Source: Promethearchaeota archaeon
GTDB taxonomy: Archaea; Asgardarchaeota; Lokiarchaeia; Sigyniarchaeales; SOKP01
Direction: 5' to 3'
DNA: 64,000 nt
NCBI GenBank assembly: GCA_048939995.1
Contig: JBHLOY010000006.1
Coordinates: 149,622-213,621, forward strand
The position numbers were made by a program, and so were the translations under genes. Below the pieces are notes generated by a model, which was not told the origin of the DNA, did no database searches, and saw only the letters and a list, made by a program, of their open reading frames with translations. The stretch's first letter is position 1. Each line of letters opens with the position of its first letter. Below, in pieces: positions 1 to 9,779 of the stretch.

Positions 1-1
1 T

Positions 2-379
2 TCTGATAACAATGCCCCCTTTTATGTAAAGATTATCATTAATGGTACCTCTTACTTTATGGAAAAACAGGATCCAAACGATGATGAATATACAGATGGA
101 TGTATTTATCAATATTATACGCTTTTAAAGCCATCAGCAAATTCTTATCACTATTCTTTTGAATGTAGTGATGGAAATTTTTTGAGTGCAACATCAGTTT
201 TCATCGGACCTTTGGTTCAATTTCAAATTCCACAAAATGGAGGTCAAAATGACCTCTCTTTAGAGGTTTTATTAAATTGGATAATCATATTTAGTTTAGG
301 ATTGGGTATTTTAATTCCATTTCTTATTTTAGCTGAGCGTAAAATTAGAAAACAGAAACGATTATTAAAAATAAGATAG
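2..379 (+). CDS. 3' end of a secreted/surface protein with C-terminal membrane anchor (partial, runs off window start)
   Basis: Frame is open from position 2 into the 59..379 ORF; ends in a hydrophobic helix (WIIIFSLGLGILIPFLIL) plus a basic tail. Confidence 0.7.
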   Translation, partial: SDNNAPFYVKIIINGTSYFMEKQDPNDDEYTDGCIYQYYTLLKPSANSYHYSFECSDGNFLSATSVFIGPLVQFQIPQNGGQNDLSLEVLLNWIIIFSLGLGILIPFLILAERKIRKQKRLLKIR

Positions 380-405
380 AAAAACTCCTTTTTTTTATCT
401 ATTTT

Positions 406-894
406 CTAATATACTTCTTCGTATGGTCCACTAATTAATCCACCAATTAAGCCCCCTAATATTGCTCCAATTAGTGCACTAATAATACCTCCAACTGTAG
501 CAATCAATTGAGCTCCTTGAAATAATGCCGCTAAATCCTCACCTGATAACACACTAAGTAACCACCAAATCGCTAGATCCACTGCAGTGACTAATGAGCT
601 TGCAATTAATCCTCTTTTAACTCCCTTTGAAATAGAACCGCTTAGATATCCTATAAAAATGCATGCTAAAAGTTGTGGAGCGAAAAAGTTAACTATAGAA
701 GGATTCTCAGTAAAAAAAGAAATAAAATCATGTTCAAAGTTCCAACCAATTAATATGGTTACTATTTTTAAAGCATTTGATCCTGCCGTAACTTGAATAA
801 TTGGAAGAATACCATCCATATCAAAGAATAAACCTGTAAAAAAGCTAAAGGCTATCCCTACAATGATTCCAATTACCAATCGGTATGACACCAT
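406..894 (-). CDS. Hypothetical multi-pass membrane protein
   Basis: 162 aa, about 4 hydrophobic Gly-rich segments. Confidence 0.7.
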   Translation of the reverse strand: MVSYRLVIGIIVGIAFSFFTGLFFDMDGILPIIQVTAGSNALKIVTILIGWNFEHDFISFFTENPSIVNFFAPQLLACIFIGYLSGSISKGVKRGLIASSLVTAVDLAIWWLLSVLSGEDLAALFQGAQLIATVGGIISALIGAILGGLIGGLISGPYEEVY

Positions 895-1092
895 AATTTA
901 AACCATATTTTTGAACTTCTATGTGATTTTTAAAATTTGATATTATTAGAAATTAATTCCGTTTTTTAATTCTTTAGTTCTAAGGCAAATAGTTGACTTC
1001 TTTTAATAAAATATTAAAATTATGCTATTTTATTTAATATATTTGAGATTATTTAATTAACTTATTAATTTACAAACTTTTAGGGTCACACC

Positions 1093-1905
1093 TTGGCTAA
1101 AAAGAAGAAAAAAACTGAAGAGGCTAAAAAAACCGAAGAAAAGGAAAACATAGAAGATTTTGAATTTGAGGAAGATTTCGTTGAGGATTTCGAAGAAGAT
1201 CTTGATTTAGTTGAAGAACTCGATTTACTTGACACAGAAAGTATCGAAGAGGAGGCCGCAGCCGCCCAAAAAATAATTGATAAGGATGAAGAGCAAAAAC
1301 AACTCTATTTAAGTTGTGGGATACATATTGGGACAAAATTGCTTTCTGGAGATGCTAGAAGATTTATTTATAGACAGACTAATTATGGGCTTTACGTTAT
1401 CGATTTAACCAAAACAGATGAGCGTTTGAGAATTGCTGCTAAATTCTTAAGTAAATACATCGAAGAGGGGAGCGATCGAGTAATAGTAACCTCTGTTAGA
1501 AGGTATGGTAAAGAGCCCGTTCGAAGATTTTGTGAAGCTTTAGGCTGTAAAGCTATTGTTGATCGATTTATACCTGGATCACTTACTAATCCTCAGATCG
1601 ACGATTATATCAAAGATGCTTCAGTAGTAGTTATTGTTGATCCTCATGCAGATAAAGTCATCCTTCGAGAAGCAAAATTAGCCCGTATTCCTGTAGTCTC
1701 ATTATTTGATACAGATGACATCCTTGATGGGATTGATCTGGCAATTCCTGCAAATAATCGGGGTAAAAAAGCATTAGGTCTAACATTTTGGTTATTAGCA
1801 AGACAAATTATGCTGGAACTTGGCAAAATCTCAAGTGAGGATGAATTTCCTTATTCTCTTGAACAATTTACTTCAAAAATAGTCCCCGTATATAGACAGG
1901 AATAG
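1093..1905 (+). CDS. rps2: 30S ribosomal protein uS2 with acidic N-terminal extension
   Basis: Archaeal uS2 motifs GIHIGTK, RFIPGSLTNP, IPANNRGKKALGL; TTG start. Confidence 0.95.
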   Translation: MAKKKKKTEEAKKTEEKENIEDFEFEEDFVEDFEEDLDLVEELDLLDTESIEEEAAAAQKIIDKDEEQKQLYLSCGIHIGTKLLSGDARRFIYRQTNYGLYVIDLTKTDERLRIAAKFLSKYIEEGSDRVIVTSVRRYGKEPVRRFCEALGCKAIVDRFIPGSLTNPQIDDYIKDASVVVIVDPHADKVILREAKLARIPVVSLFDTDDILDGIDLAIPANNRGKKALGLTFWLLARQIMLELGKISSEDEFPYSLEQFTSKIVPVYRQE

Positions 1906-1924
1906 AACCAAATTAAGTTTGAAC

Positions 1925-2704
1925 TTATATAATTCTAGCAAATAGTTCTTTGGCACTTATATATGCCTTGCTTTCATTTGATAAAAGTAGTAGATTTTCT
2001 CCGACTAAATTCATTTTGCTAATTTCTTCATCGTTTGGTAATAATCCTAAAAATCTTACATTGTTTTGGTTTATTTTTTCTACACGTTCCATTATTAGCC
2101 TTTTTAAATCTTTTGGAAATCTATTTCCGATAATTAAAATATTTTCAAAATTTAGTTCCACATCTTTACTTACTTCAATGATGCGTTCCATGGTATGAAA
2201 CCCCATTTTACTAGGATCTGTTACAATAATAAGGTCTGTAACGTCCTGTCCTGTCTTTCGAGAAAAATATTCCAATCCAGCAGGAGCATCAATAAGAACA
2301 ATATCGTAATTTTTTGCTAATACATCAATAATACGTTTTAGAGCATTATTAACGCTACAATAACATCCTGAACCTTCACTTCGACCCATTTCTAAAATAT
2401 CAAAATCATCCATCTCAAGTAAGGCATCAAAAACCTCAGATTCAATAATTTGATCCTTTGATACATCAAGTGGAATTTGTCTTTTTTGTATTTTATCTTT
2501 CAATAATGACATTTTACCTCCAACAGTTTCCTTAAAAGTGATTTCTTTTCCAATAATATCACCTATGTTTGCATCAGGATCTGCATCGATTAATAATACA
2601 TTTCTATACTTCTTTGTTTCCAAGATGTATTTAAGCATTAGAATTAGTAGTGTTGATTTCCCCACGCCGCCTTTTCCACTAAAGGATATTACTTTTGGGT
2701 TCAT
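1925..2704 (-). CDS. cooC: CooC/AcsF-type nickel-insertion ATPase (MinD/ParA family)
   Basis: Deviant Walker A GKGGVGKS, DADPDAN, Ni-binding GSGCYC motif, DAPAGLEY. Confidence 0.85.
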   Translation of the reverse strand: MNPKVISFSGKGGVGKSTLLILMLKYILETKKYRNVLLIDADPDANIGDIIGKEITFKETVGGKMSLLKDKIQKRQIPLDVSKDQIIESEVFDALLEMDDFDILEMGRSEGSGCYCSVNNALKRIIDVLAKNYDIVLIDAPAGLEYFSRKTGQDVTDLIIVTDPSKMGFHTMERIIEVSKDVELNFENILIIGNRFPKDLKRLIMERVEKINQNNVRFLGLLPNDEEISKMNLVGENLLLLSNESKAYISAKELFARII

Positions 2705-2830
2705 ATGAGCCTTAACTATCTATTTTTAACTTCTTATGAAAGATAAAGAGAGATGTCATATAAGCTTTGATTTTATTTTTTATTGAAAAATCATGTTGAT
2801 AATTTTATAAAAACAAAACTTACATCTATT

Positions 2831-3511
2831 TTACTTAAGGAAATAATCAAGATTTTTATATCGATATCGAAAACTCTTCTCAATCCCTCTTCTCATACCA
2901 GGTAATTCAAAACATTGCATCGGAATCATTTTTTTAAAAAATGGTTGATTCTCTCGTTCTGGAATATACTGGGACTTGTATAAAGTCTCAAATATTTCTT
3001 TCCCAGAAAATTGAATGTCTTCAAAATAGGGAATTACTGGGCGATTTTTGCTAACTTTCTCCACAACACCTTTTAGAGAGGACTCAATTTCATCAATTTT
3101 TCCACTTTCATTGATAATACTAGTTTTTTTAGCATATTCATTATAAAGGCATATAACACACTTTGGCCATCTTTCATGAAAATATTGTAAAACGAGATCG
3201 ATTACATTGTGTTTCAAAAAAACAACCCCGTACAAAACACCACGATTATTTATTTCTGTTCGTGTAAATTGCTTCGCTCTATAAGCTTCTTTAAATACTT
3301 CTCGCATCATTTGGTTAATTTTCCTTGCTTCGGGTATTCCAAGATTTCGTAAAACAACATTAGGTATTCTTTTGATTTGATAAATTAAATTTGGAGTAAA
3401 AAACGCATGTCTTTTAAGGTTTTTGATTAATTCTTCGCGAGAATACCCTTTAGCACATCCTATTACCTCTAATGGGTCTTTTTGATAATTTTTTCCTTTC
3501 ATTTTTTCCAC
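2831..3511 (-). CDS. DUF4130-like partner of the DNA-repair radical SAM protein
   Basis: Immediately downstream of the radical SAM-HhH gene; FTR...HNVIDL...YFHERW and C-terminal ERENQPFFKKMIP resemble DUF4130. Confidence 0.65.
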   Translation of the reverse strand: MEKMKGKNYQKDPLEVIGCAKGYSREELIKNLKRHAFFTPNLIYQIKRIPNVVLRNLGIPEARKINQMMREVFKEAYRAKQFTRTEINNRGVLYGVVFLKHNVIDLVLQYFHERWPKCVICLYNEYAKKTSIINESGKIDEIESSLKGVVEKVSKNRPVIPYFEDIQFSGKEIFETLYKSQYIPERENQPFFKKMIPMQCFELPGMRRGIEKSFRYRYKNLDYFLK

Positions 3512-3520
3512 ATCGAATAT

Positions 3521-4810
3521 TTAAATAAAGTTTGTAATTGTGCTCTGATTTTGGCTATTCAGCAAAATAAAAGGATCTGCTCTTTTAAGTACAACTCCAA
3601 CTGATTTTAAATCAGCACGACGTACAAATATAAACTTTTTAGCTCTTAGATTAATAATTCTTTTTGCCGAAACAGGCCCAATTCCAGGTATACGAAGTAA
3701 TTCATAATATGATGCTTTATTAGGATCTATTGGTCCAAAACTCTTATAATGTTGTCGTGCTAAATGAATTTTCGGATCTCCATCTGGTAAATTCCCTTGA
3801 TCTGTTAGGATTTCTTTTAATTCTTTTAGAGTGTAATGATATATTCTTAGTAACCAATCCGATTGGTATAGTCTATGTTCTCTAGTTAATGAGGCAGCCT
3901 GTTTATCCTGCAAGGGACTACCTTTTATCGGTATGAATGAAGAAAAGTAAGCTCTCCTGAGATCAATTGCTTTATATCCCCAATCGATCCTTTTAAGTAT
4001 ATCAAAATCTGTTTCACTATCATTAGCACCCACGACAAACTGTGTCGTTTGTCCACTGTTTAAAATTGGAGCTCCATCCCAACGAAAACTTTTATAACCA
4101 TCCTTTCGATGAGTTTTGATCATTTTTTTCTGGAAATTTAACTGATAATCATCTTTTAAATCTTTTAAAATCTTAAGAGCCTCTTCGTTATGTTTAATAC
4201 GAAATTGTTTAATCCATTTTTGACGAGTTAATATGTCATTGTCAAAATCCTTTTGTTCAGCAATTTCGGCAAGATGTTCCTTACTAGATGCCTCCGAGTT
4301 AATTGAAATGCGATCTGCCAAAGATATAGCTTCTTTAAGAAGATATTGACTTACTCCAGGTAAACATTTAAAATGAATATATCCTTGAAATTTATACTTA
4401 AATCTTAAAAGTTTTATCGCTTCTAGCATTTCCTCCGTTGTTTTATCAGCACTATTACACACGGCAGATGAAATAAACACACCTTCCACTACATTCATAG
4501 AATATAACTTCATAAAGGTTCGGGCATATTCTTCCGGAGTAAAGCTCATTTTTTGCTTACAACTGTGAGAAAAACAATATTTACAATTGTAAATACACTT
4601 GTTAGTGTATAAAGTTTTGAAAAGGCTCATACATCTCCCATCAGGAGTATAGCTATGGCAAATCCCTGCATTAGCAGTAGCACCTATCCATCCATTTGAA
4701 TCTCCAAATAATTTTGGATATTTTTTTGTGCGACTGGAAGCGGTACTAGCACATATATCATATTTTGAATTCTCTCCCAATACACGAATCTTTTCTAAGG
4801 TAGATGGCAA
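3521..4810 (-). CDS. Putative DNA modification/repair radical SAM protein with helix-hairpin-helix
   Basis: KYDICAS, GICHSYTPDGRC, CIYNCKYC cluster motif, REHRLYQSDWLLR, HhH LLRIPGIGPVSA. Confidence 0.9.
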   Translation of the reverse strand: MPSTLEKIRVLGENSKYDICASTASSRTKKYPKLFGDSNGWIGATANAGICHSYTPDGRCMSLFKTLYTNKCIYNCKYCFSHSCKQKMSFTPEEYARTFMKLYSMNVVEGVFISSAVCNSADKTTEEMLEAIKLLRFKYKFQGYIHFKCLPGVSQYLLKEAISLADRISINSEASSKEHLAEIAEQKDFDNDILTRQKWIKQFRIKHNEEALKILKDLKDDYQLNFQKKMIKTHRKDGYKSFRWDGAPILNSGQTTQFVVGANDSETDFDILKRIDWGYKAIDLRRAYFSSFIPIKGSPLQDKQAASLTREHRLYQSDWLLRIYHYTLKELKEILTDQGNLPDGDPKIHLARQHYKSFGPIDPNKASYYELLRIPGIGPVSAKRIINLRAKKFIFVRRADLKSVGVVLKRADPFILLNSQNQSTITNFI

Positions 4811-4964
4811 ATTCTAATTCAACAAAATTATAAGATATATGCTTTATGTTTTGACGGTTAACTTATAAACTGGAGGGGATTATTGAATTTTAAAACTTAC
4901 TGATAAAAAAAACTTAATTTTAGTTTTATATTCATAAAACTATTGATTCAAAAATTATTAAATA

Positions 4965-6794
4965 TTGAAAAAAAAGATGCCAGAATATACAGGAGGAGAA
5001 ATTATAACTAAATATTTGATAAAAGAAGGAGTCAACTATGTTATTGGAATTCCTGGACATGGATGTTTAGCCTTAGTTGATGCCTTTTTTAAGGATAAAG
5101 AGCACTTGAAATTGGTTCAACCAAAGCAAGAAATGTCTGGCGTACATATGGCTGTCGGCTATTACAGAATAACAGGAAGACCATTAGTTGTATTTACTTC
5201 AATAGGGCCCGGAGCTATTAACACTGCGATTGGTGTTGCTGATGCTTTTGTAGATTCCTTTCCCTGTCTTGTAATTACAGGAGATACACATGTACACATG
5301 AGAGGTAAGGGTGTTTTACAGGAGATAGAACGAAAAAAAGATTCAAGTATGCCTAAAATACTAGAATCAATAGTTAAACGTAGTTTTGAGGTTGATACTG
5401 TTGGTCAGTTGCCTACAATAATGCAAAGAGCTTTCAATATAATGTTAACAGGGAGAAAGGGCCCTGTGCATATTGATCTTCCTATGGATGTCCAGGCAAA
5501 TAGTATAGATGTAGAAATCCCAGAACCATTAGAAAGAAGATATCGAGGACGATTTATGGCTGATCCCGAATTAGTTCGAGAAGCTGCTAATTTACTTAAA
5601 TCTTCTAAAAGACCTCTATTATTTATTGGTGGCGGTGCTATTACTTCTAATGCAAGTGAGGAGATTAAAATTCTAGCTGAAAAATTAGGAGCTGCTGTTG
5701 TAGTCACCATGATGGCAAAAGATATAATCGATAATACTCATCCGCTTTATTGTTGGTCAGCTGGTTCGAAAGGAACAACTGTCGGTTTAAAGATGACATC
5801 TACTTCTGATGTTATTCTTGCAGTAGGATGTAGATTTGCTGATGAAACAGCAAGTTCTTATAAACAAGGTGTTAGTTTTTCAATTCCTCCTACAAAATTA
5901 ATTCAAATTGATATAGACCCCCAAGAAATCGGTAAAAATTATCCTATAAAAGTGGGAATAGTTGGAGATGCGAAATCTTGCTTAAATCAACTCATTAATG
6001 AGTTGAGAGACTTTAAAAAAGATTACCAATCTACCTCATATTATAAAGAAATCCAAGAAGAGAAAAAAAAATGGTTTGAATTTTTGAATCAGTATCGAGA
6101 TGATTCAAAAGTTCCTGTAATGATATCTACAGTTTTAAGAGAAGTTCGAAAATTTTTTGATAGAGATGCTGTTATTGTTACAAGTTCAGGTAATGTTCAA
6201 GCCCAGATGTTGCAGGAATTAGAGTTTTATGAACCAAAAACTTGCTTGACTGCGGGTGGATTCTCAACCATGGGTTATAGTGTTCCAGCTGCAATTGGAG
6301 CAAAATTAGGCTCAATTGATATTGGAAAACCAGATAGGCAAGTTGCTGCTCTAGTAGGAGATGGTGATTTCATGATGACGATTTCTGAATTATCGGTTGC
6401 TGTGCAACTGGGATTAACTAACCTCTTTTTTATTGTAATAAATAATCACGGCTGGATTGCTATAAAAGATTTACAGCAATCAGCTTTTGGAGAAGATCGT
6501 GGTTATGGTACGGCTTTTGAGAATAAGGATGGGACTAGCTATACTCCAGACTTTGCAGAAATTGGAGTTGCATTTGGTTGTTATTCAGAAAAGATTTCAA
6601 AAAAAAGTGAAATAATTCCGGCACTAGAGCGAGCTGCAAAATCAAAAAATCCAGCAGTTATTGAAATTGAGGTACAGAGAGAATACCCTTATACTGGATC
6701 TCCTGCAATTGGTTGGTGGGATGTGACCATCCCGAGTTACTTAAAAGATCGCAGGAAGAAGTATAATGAGGAAATTAAAGGAGAAAAACTTTAA
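4965..6794 (+). CDS. Thiamine-diphosphate-dependent enzyme (acetolactate synthase/IolD superfamily)
   Basis: GIPGHG, catalytic Glu in KQEMSG, TSIGPGAIN, ThDP motif GDGDF...NN; probable true start ATG 4977. Confidence 0.85.
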   Translation: MKKKMPEYTGGEIITKYLIKEGVNYVIGIPGHGCLALVDAFFKDKEHLKLVQPKQEMSGVHMAVGYYRITGRPLVVFTSIGPGAINTAIGVADAFVDSFPCLVITGDTHVHMRGKGVLQEIERKKDSSMPKILESIVKRSFEVDTVGQLPTIMQRAFNIMLTGRKGPVHIDLPMDVQANSIDVEIPEPLERRYRGRFMADPELVREAANLLKSSKRPLLFIGGGAITSNASEEIKILAEKLGAAVVVTMMAKDIIDNTHPLYCWSAGSKGTTVGLKMTSTSDVILAVGCRFADETASSYKQGVSFSIPPTKLIQIDIDPQEIGKNYPIKVGIVGDAKSCLNQLINELRDFKKDYQSTSYYKEIQEEKKKWFEFLNQYRDDSKVPVMISTVLREVRKFFDRDAVIVTSSGNVQAQMLQELEFYEPKTCLTAGGFSTMGYSVPAAIGAKLGSIDIGKPDRQVAALVGDGDFMMTISELSVAVQLGLTNLFFIVINNHGWIAIKDLQQSAFGEDRGYGTAFENKDGTSYTPDFAEIGVAFGCYSEKISKKSEIIPALERAAKSKNPAVIEIEVQREYPYTGSPAIGWWDVTIPSYLKDRRKKYNEEIKGEKL

Positions 6795-6843
6795 TCTTAC
6801 ATTTCCTTTTATTTCATACTTTTATCATTTTTAATCAAACATA

Positions 6844-8130
6844 ATGACAGAATTTTCTAAAATTTTTGAAGAAAAAGGGATAGATTACATTCAATTTCAT
6901 TTCACGACATTACTTGGAGGATTTAAGCAAGTTGAGTTTCCTGCTAAAATATGGGAGGAGATGAAAGACGGTGCAGGTATTGATGGGTCAAGTATAGGGT
7001 TTCTAAAAACTGAACAAAGTGACATGCAAATAGTTCCGGACTTAAATACATTTACTGTAATTCCTTGGAACACTAGAATTGGAAGATTTATCTGTGATAT
7101 AACTGATAATAAGGGTAATATTTATCCCATGTGTCCCAGAGGGATATTAAAGAAACAGTTAAATTTAGCTAATTCTTTAGGATATGAATTTTTAACAAGA
7201 CCAGAATTAGAATGGTATTTTCTGACTAATGACTTAAAAGTTGCAGACAATGGAACCTACATGGATATGCCTCCCAAAGATCATTTACATGAATTAAGAC
7301 GTCAAATAACTGATGATATGCTCGAAATGGGAATTGGAATCAAAACAATTCATCATGAAGTTGCTTCTGGACAACATGAAATAGAGTTCTTATCTTATAA
7401 TGCCTTATATCAAGCAGATAATGTTCAAACTGCAAAATTAATCATAAGGACAGAATCTTCTTATGATGATTTAATTGCTTCTTTTATCCCAAAACCATTT
7501 TCTTCACAAGCAGGAAATGGATTACACATTCATCAATTTCTCACTAAAGAAGGAAGAAACATTTTTGCTGATGAAGAACACGGAATTAGTGATTTGCTTA
7601 GATATTATATTGGGGGGATACAAAAACATGTAAATGCTATTACAGCTTTATTAAATCCAACCACCAATTCATATAAAAGACTTATTCCTAACCATGAAGC
7701 TCCTGTATATAATACGTGGGGAATAGGTAATAGAACAGCGATGATCCGTGTTCCTGGATATGAGAAATCAGCGAGAGTCGAATATCGTGCTGGAGATGCC
7801 TCAATGAATATATATCTTGGCACTGCTCTTTTGCTTGCCTCTGGCCTGGATGGAATTAAAAATAAAACTGAACCAAATAGCCCAATTAATGAGAACATTG
7901 ATAATCTTTCTAGTGAAAAACGAGAGTATTTAGGAATTAAACAACTTCCACGGAGTTTAGATCAATCGTTAAGAGCATTTAAGGTGAGCCATTTACTTAA
8001 AGAAGCATTGGGTAAGGATATTATTAAAAGATTCATAGAAATAAAAGAGAAAGAACTTGAAGAATATAATAAAGCAACCAATGATGGAAATGAAGCTGAG
8101 TGGGAACTAGAAAAATATCTTTTTTGTTAG
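6844..8130 (+). CDS. glnA: Glutamine synthetase (type I) family protein
   Basis: DGSSI, HHEVASGQHE, GNGLHIH, NSYKRLIP, NRTAMIRVP, RVEYR. Confidence 0.85.
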   Translation: MTEFSKIFEEKGIDYIQFHFTTLLGGFKQVEFPAKIWEEMKDGAGIDGSSIGFLKTEQSDMQIVPDLNTFTVIPWNTRIGRFICDITDNKGNIYPMCPRGILKKQLNLANSLGYEFLTRPELEWYFLTNDLKVADNGTYMDMPPKDHLHELRRQITDDMLEMGIGIKTIHHEVASGQHEIEFLSYNALYQADNVQTAKLIIRTESSYDDLIASFIPKPFSSQAGNGLHIHQFLTKEGRNIFADEEHGISDLLRYYIGGIQKHVNAITALLNPTTNSYKRLIPNHEAPVYNTWGIGNRTAMIRVPGYEKSARVEYRAGDASMNIYLGTALLLASGLDGIKNKTEPNSPINENIDNLSSEKREYLGIKQLPRSLDQSLRAFKVSHLLKEALGKDIIKRFIEIKEKELEEYNKATNDGNEAEWELEKYLFC

Positions 8131-8136
8131 AAAAAA

Positions 8137-9675
8137 TTATGAATATATTGAATACTTTCTATCTAATTTCTTTTTTAATTCAGGGGGGAACTTAAACCTA
8201 TTATTATATAGTTTATATATAAGATTATCTATTTCTTTTTGTATGGATTTATAATCAAAGCTTAAATTATGCTTTTTATTCTGAATTATTTTACTTACTA
8301 ATAACTCAACTTTTGATTTTGTATTAACATCCGGTATAATGATTGGTAATGCGTGGATCCCAGAAATTTGTATACTACTGGTATTATTTATGATTCCTTT
8401 TGCAAGATAATTGTATAGCGAACTATTTAATAAACCTAGAATATAAAATATAGAAAATGAATCATTCTCGATGATAAAACCAATAGCCTTATTTGAATCC
8501 CAATAACATCCTTTTGGCATATAGCGCGCTGCCAACTTTGTACTTATTCCACTCACTACAATACCTTCTTGTTCAAAAGGTATATTATTTGGAATGTCGT
8601 AATTCGAAATGGCTGTTTTATCCCACTTAAGAGCCTCCATGATAGGTCGATAGTATTGATCAGACCCTCCACGCTTTAGATAAGGTTTCCAATTTCCTGA
8701 ATTTAGTTCGTCTCTGGAAATAATTTTATATTTGTTATCCAATTCCAAAATCTTTTTATTTCTCTTATTGAAAATATCTGCTAAATCTGTTCCTTGAATA
8801 GCAGCAATAAATCTTTTATTATCATGAGTATGCATTCCTATATAGCCTTTAATAAATTGTTTTAACTTAGGTGATTTTTTAAACAATTCAATTACTTGAT
8901 TTTCTATATCAATGAAAAATATATTAAAAGGTAAAATATGATACTTTTTTTGCTTTAAAGCAAAATTCAACGGAGGATTCCAGTATTCAGATTCGTATCT
9001 AAGGCGAGGAACAATATTTATTATGTTTTTCTCTCTATTTACCTTATTATGGTTTCCTGTACATTTAGTCAATATAATTATCACAGGATTAGTACTAACA
9101 CCCTGCTTAGAAAATAAATCCTTTGGGGCTAGTAATATCTCATTTAATTTAGTATTTTCAAGTAAAAACTTTCTAAGTTTCTTATGAGTAATTAAGGTTA
9201 AGAATGTATCACTAGTTATAAATCCTAATTTACCAGCTTCTTTTAATCTCCATATACTATTAACTATAAACATTGAATATGTTTCATGGGCATTAACATG
9301 ACCATAAATTCTTTTCAATTTTGATTTATTCTTTCTCACATAGGAACTTGACTTATTAAGGTAAGGAGGATTCCCAATTATAAAATCAAACTCATTTAAT
9401 GACTTGTCATTGATATTCAGAAGTGTATCACATAATTCAAATTTTATTCCTAATTGTTTAATAGGCTCTTTATAATTGGGGTTAATATCGTAAGCATATA
9501 TTTGACTTTCATTTACCCCTACATCTATTAGGGTTTTAATGAAGACTCCTGGACCCACGCATGGATCTAAAATCTTTTGATTCGACTCTATCTTACCTAA
9601 CTTTGATATGATATATTTTGCGGTCTTTTGAGGGGTTACAACAGCCCCTAAATCCTTTTCTTTTAATTCTGACAA
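8137..9675 (-). CDS. Amino-DNA methyltransferase (gamma class, TaqI/Eco57I-like)
   Basis: Motif I DPCVGPGVF precedes motif IV GNPPY; C-terminal YILGLLNS target-recognition region. Confidence 0.85.
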   Translation of the reverse strand: MSELKEKDLGAVVTPQKTAKYIISKLGKIESNQKILDPCVGPGVFIKTLIDVGVNESQIYAYDINPNYKEPIKQLGIKFELCDTLLNINDKSLNEFDFIIGNPPYLNKSSSYVRKNKSKLKRIYGHVNAHETYSMFIVNSIWRLKEAGKLGFITSDTFLTLITHKKLRKFLLENTKLNEILLAPKDLFSKQGVSTNPVIIILTKCTGNHNKVNREKNIINIVPRLRYESEYWNPPLNFALKQKKYHILPFNIFFIDIENQVIELFKKSPKLKQFIKGYIGMHTHDNKRFIAAIQGTDLADIFNKRNKKILELDNKYKIISRDELNSGNWKPYLKRGGSDQYYRPIMEALKWDKTAISNYDIPNNIPFEQEGIVVSGISTKLAARYMPKGCYWDSNKAIGFIIENDSFSIFYILGLLNSSLYNYLAKGIINNTSSIQISGIHALPIIIPDVNTKSKVELLVSKIIQNKKHNLSFDYKSIQKEIDNLIYKLYNNRFKFPPELKKKLDRKYSIYS

Positions 9676-9779
9676 ATTTCAATTTAAAATTGTATTACTT
9701 TTGCATTCACTAAAGCTTAAATTTTATTAAAATTTATGTCATATTCTCTTAATATAGCGATTTTAAATTCACAATACCC

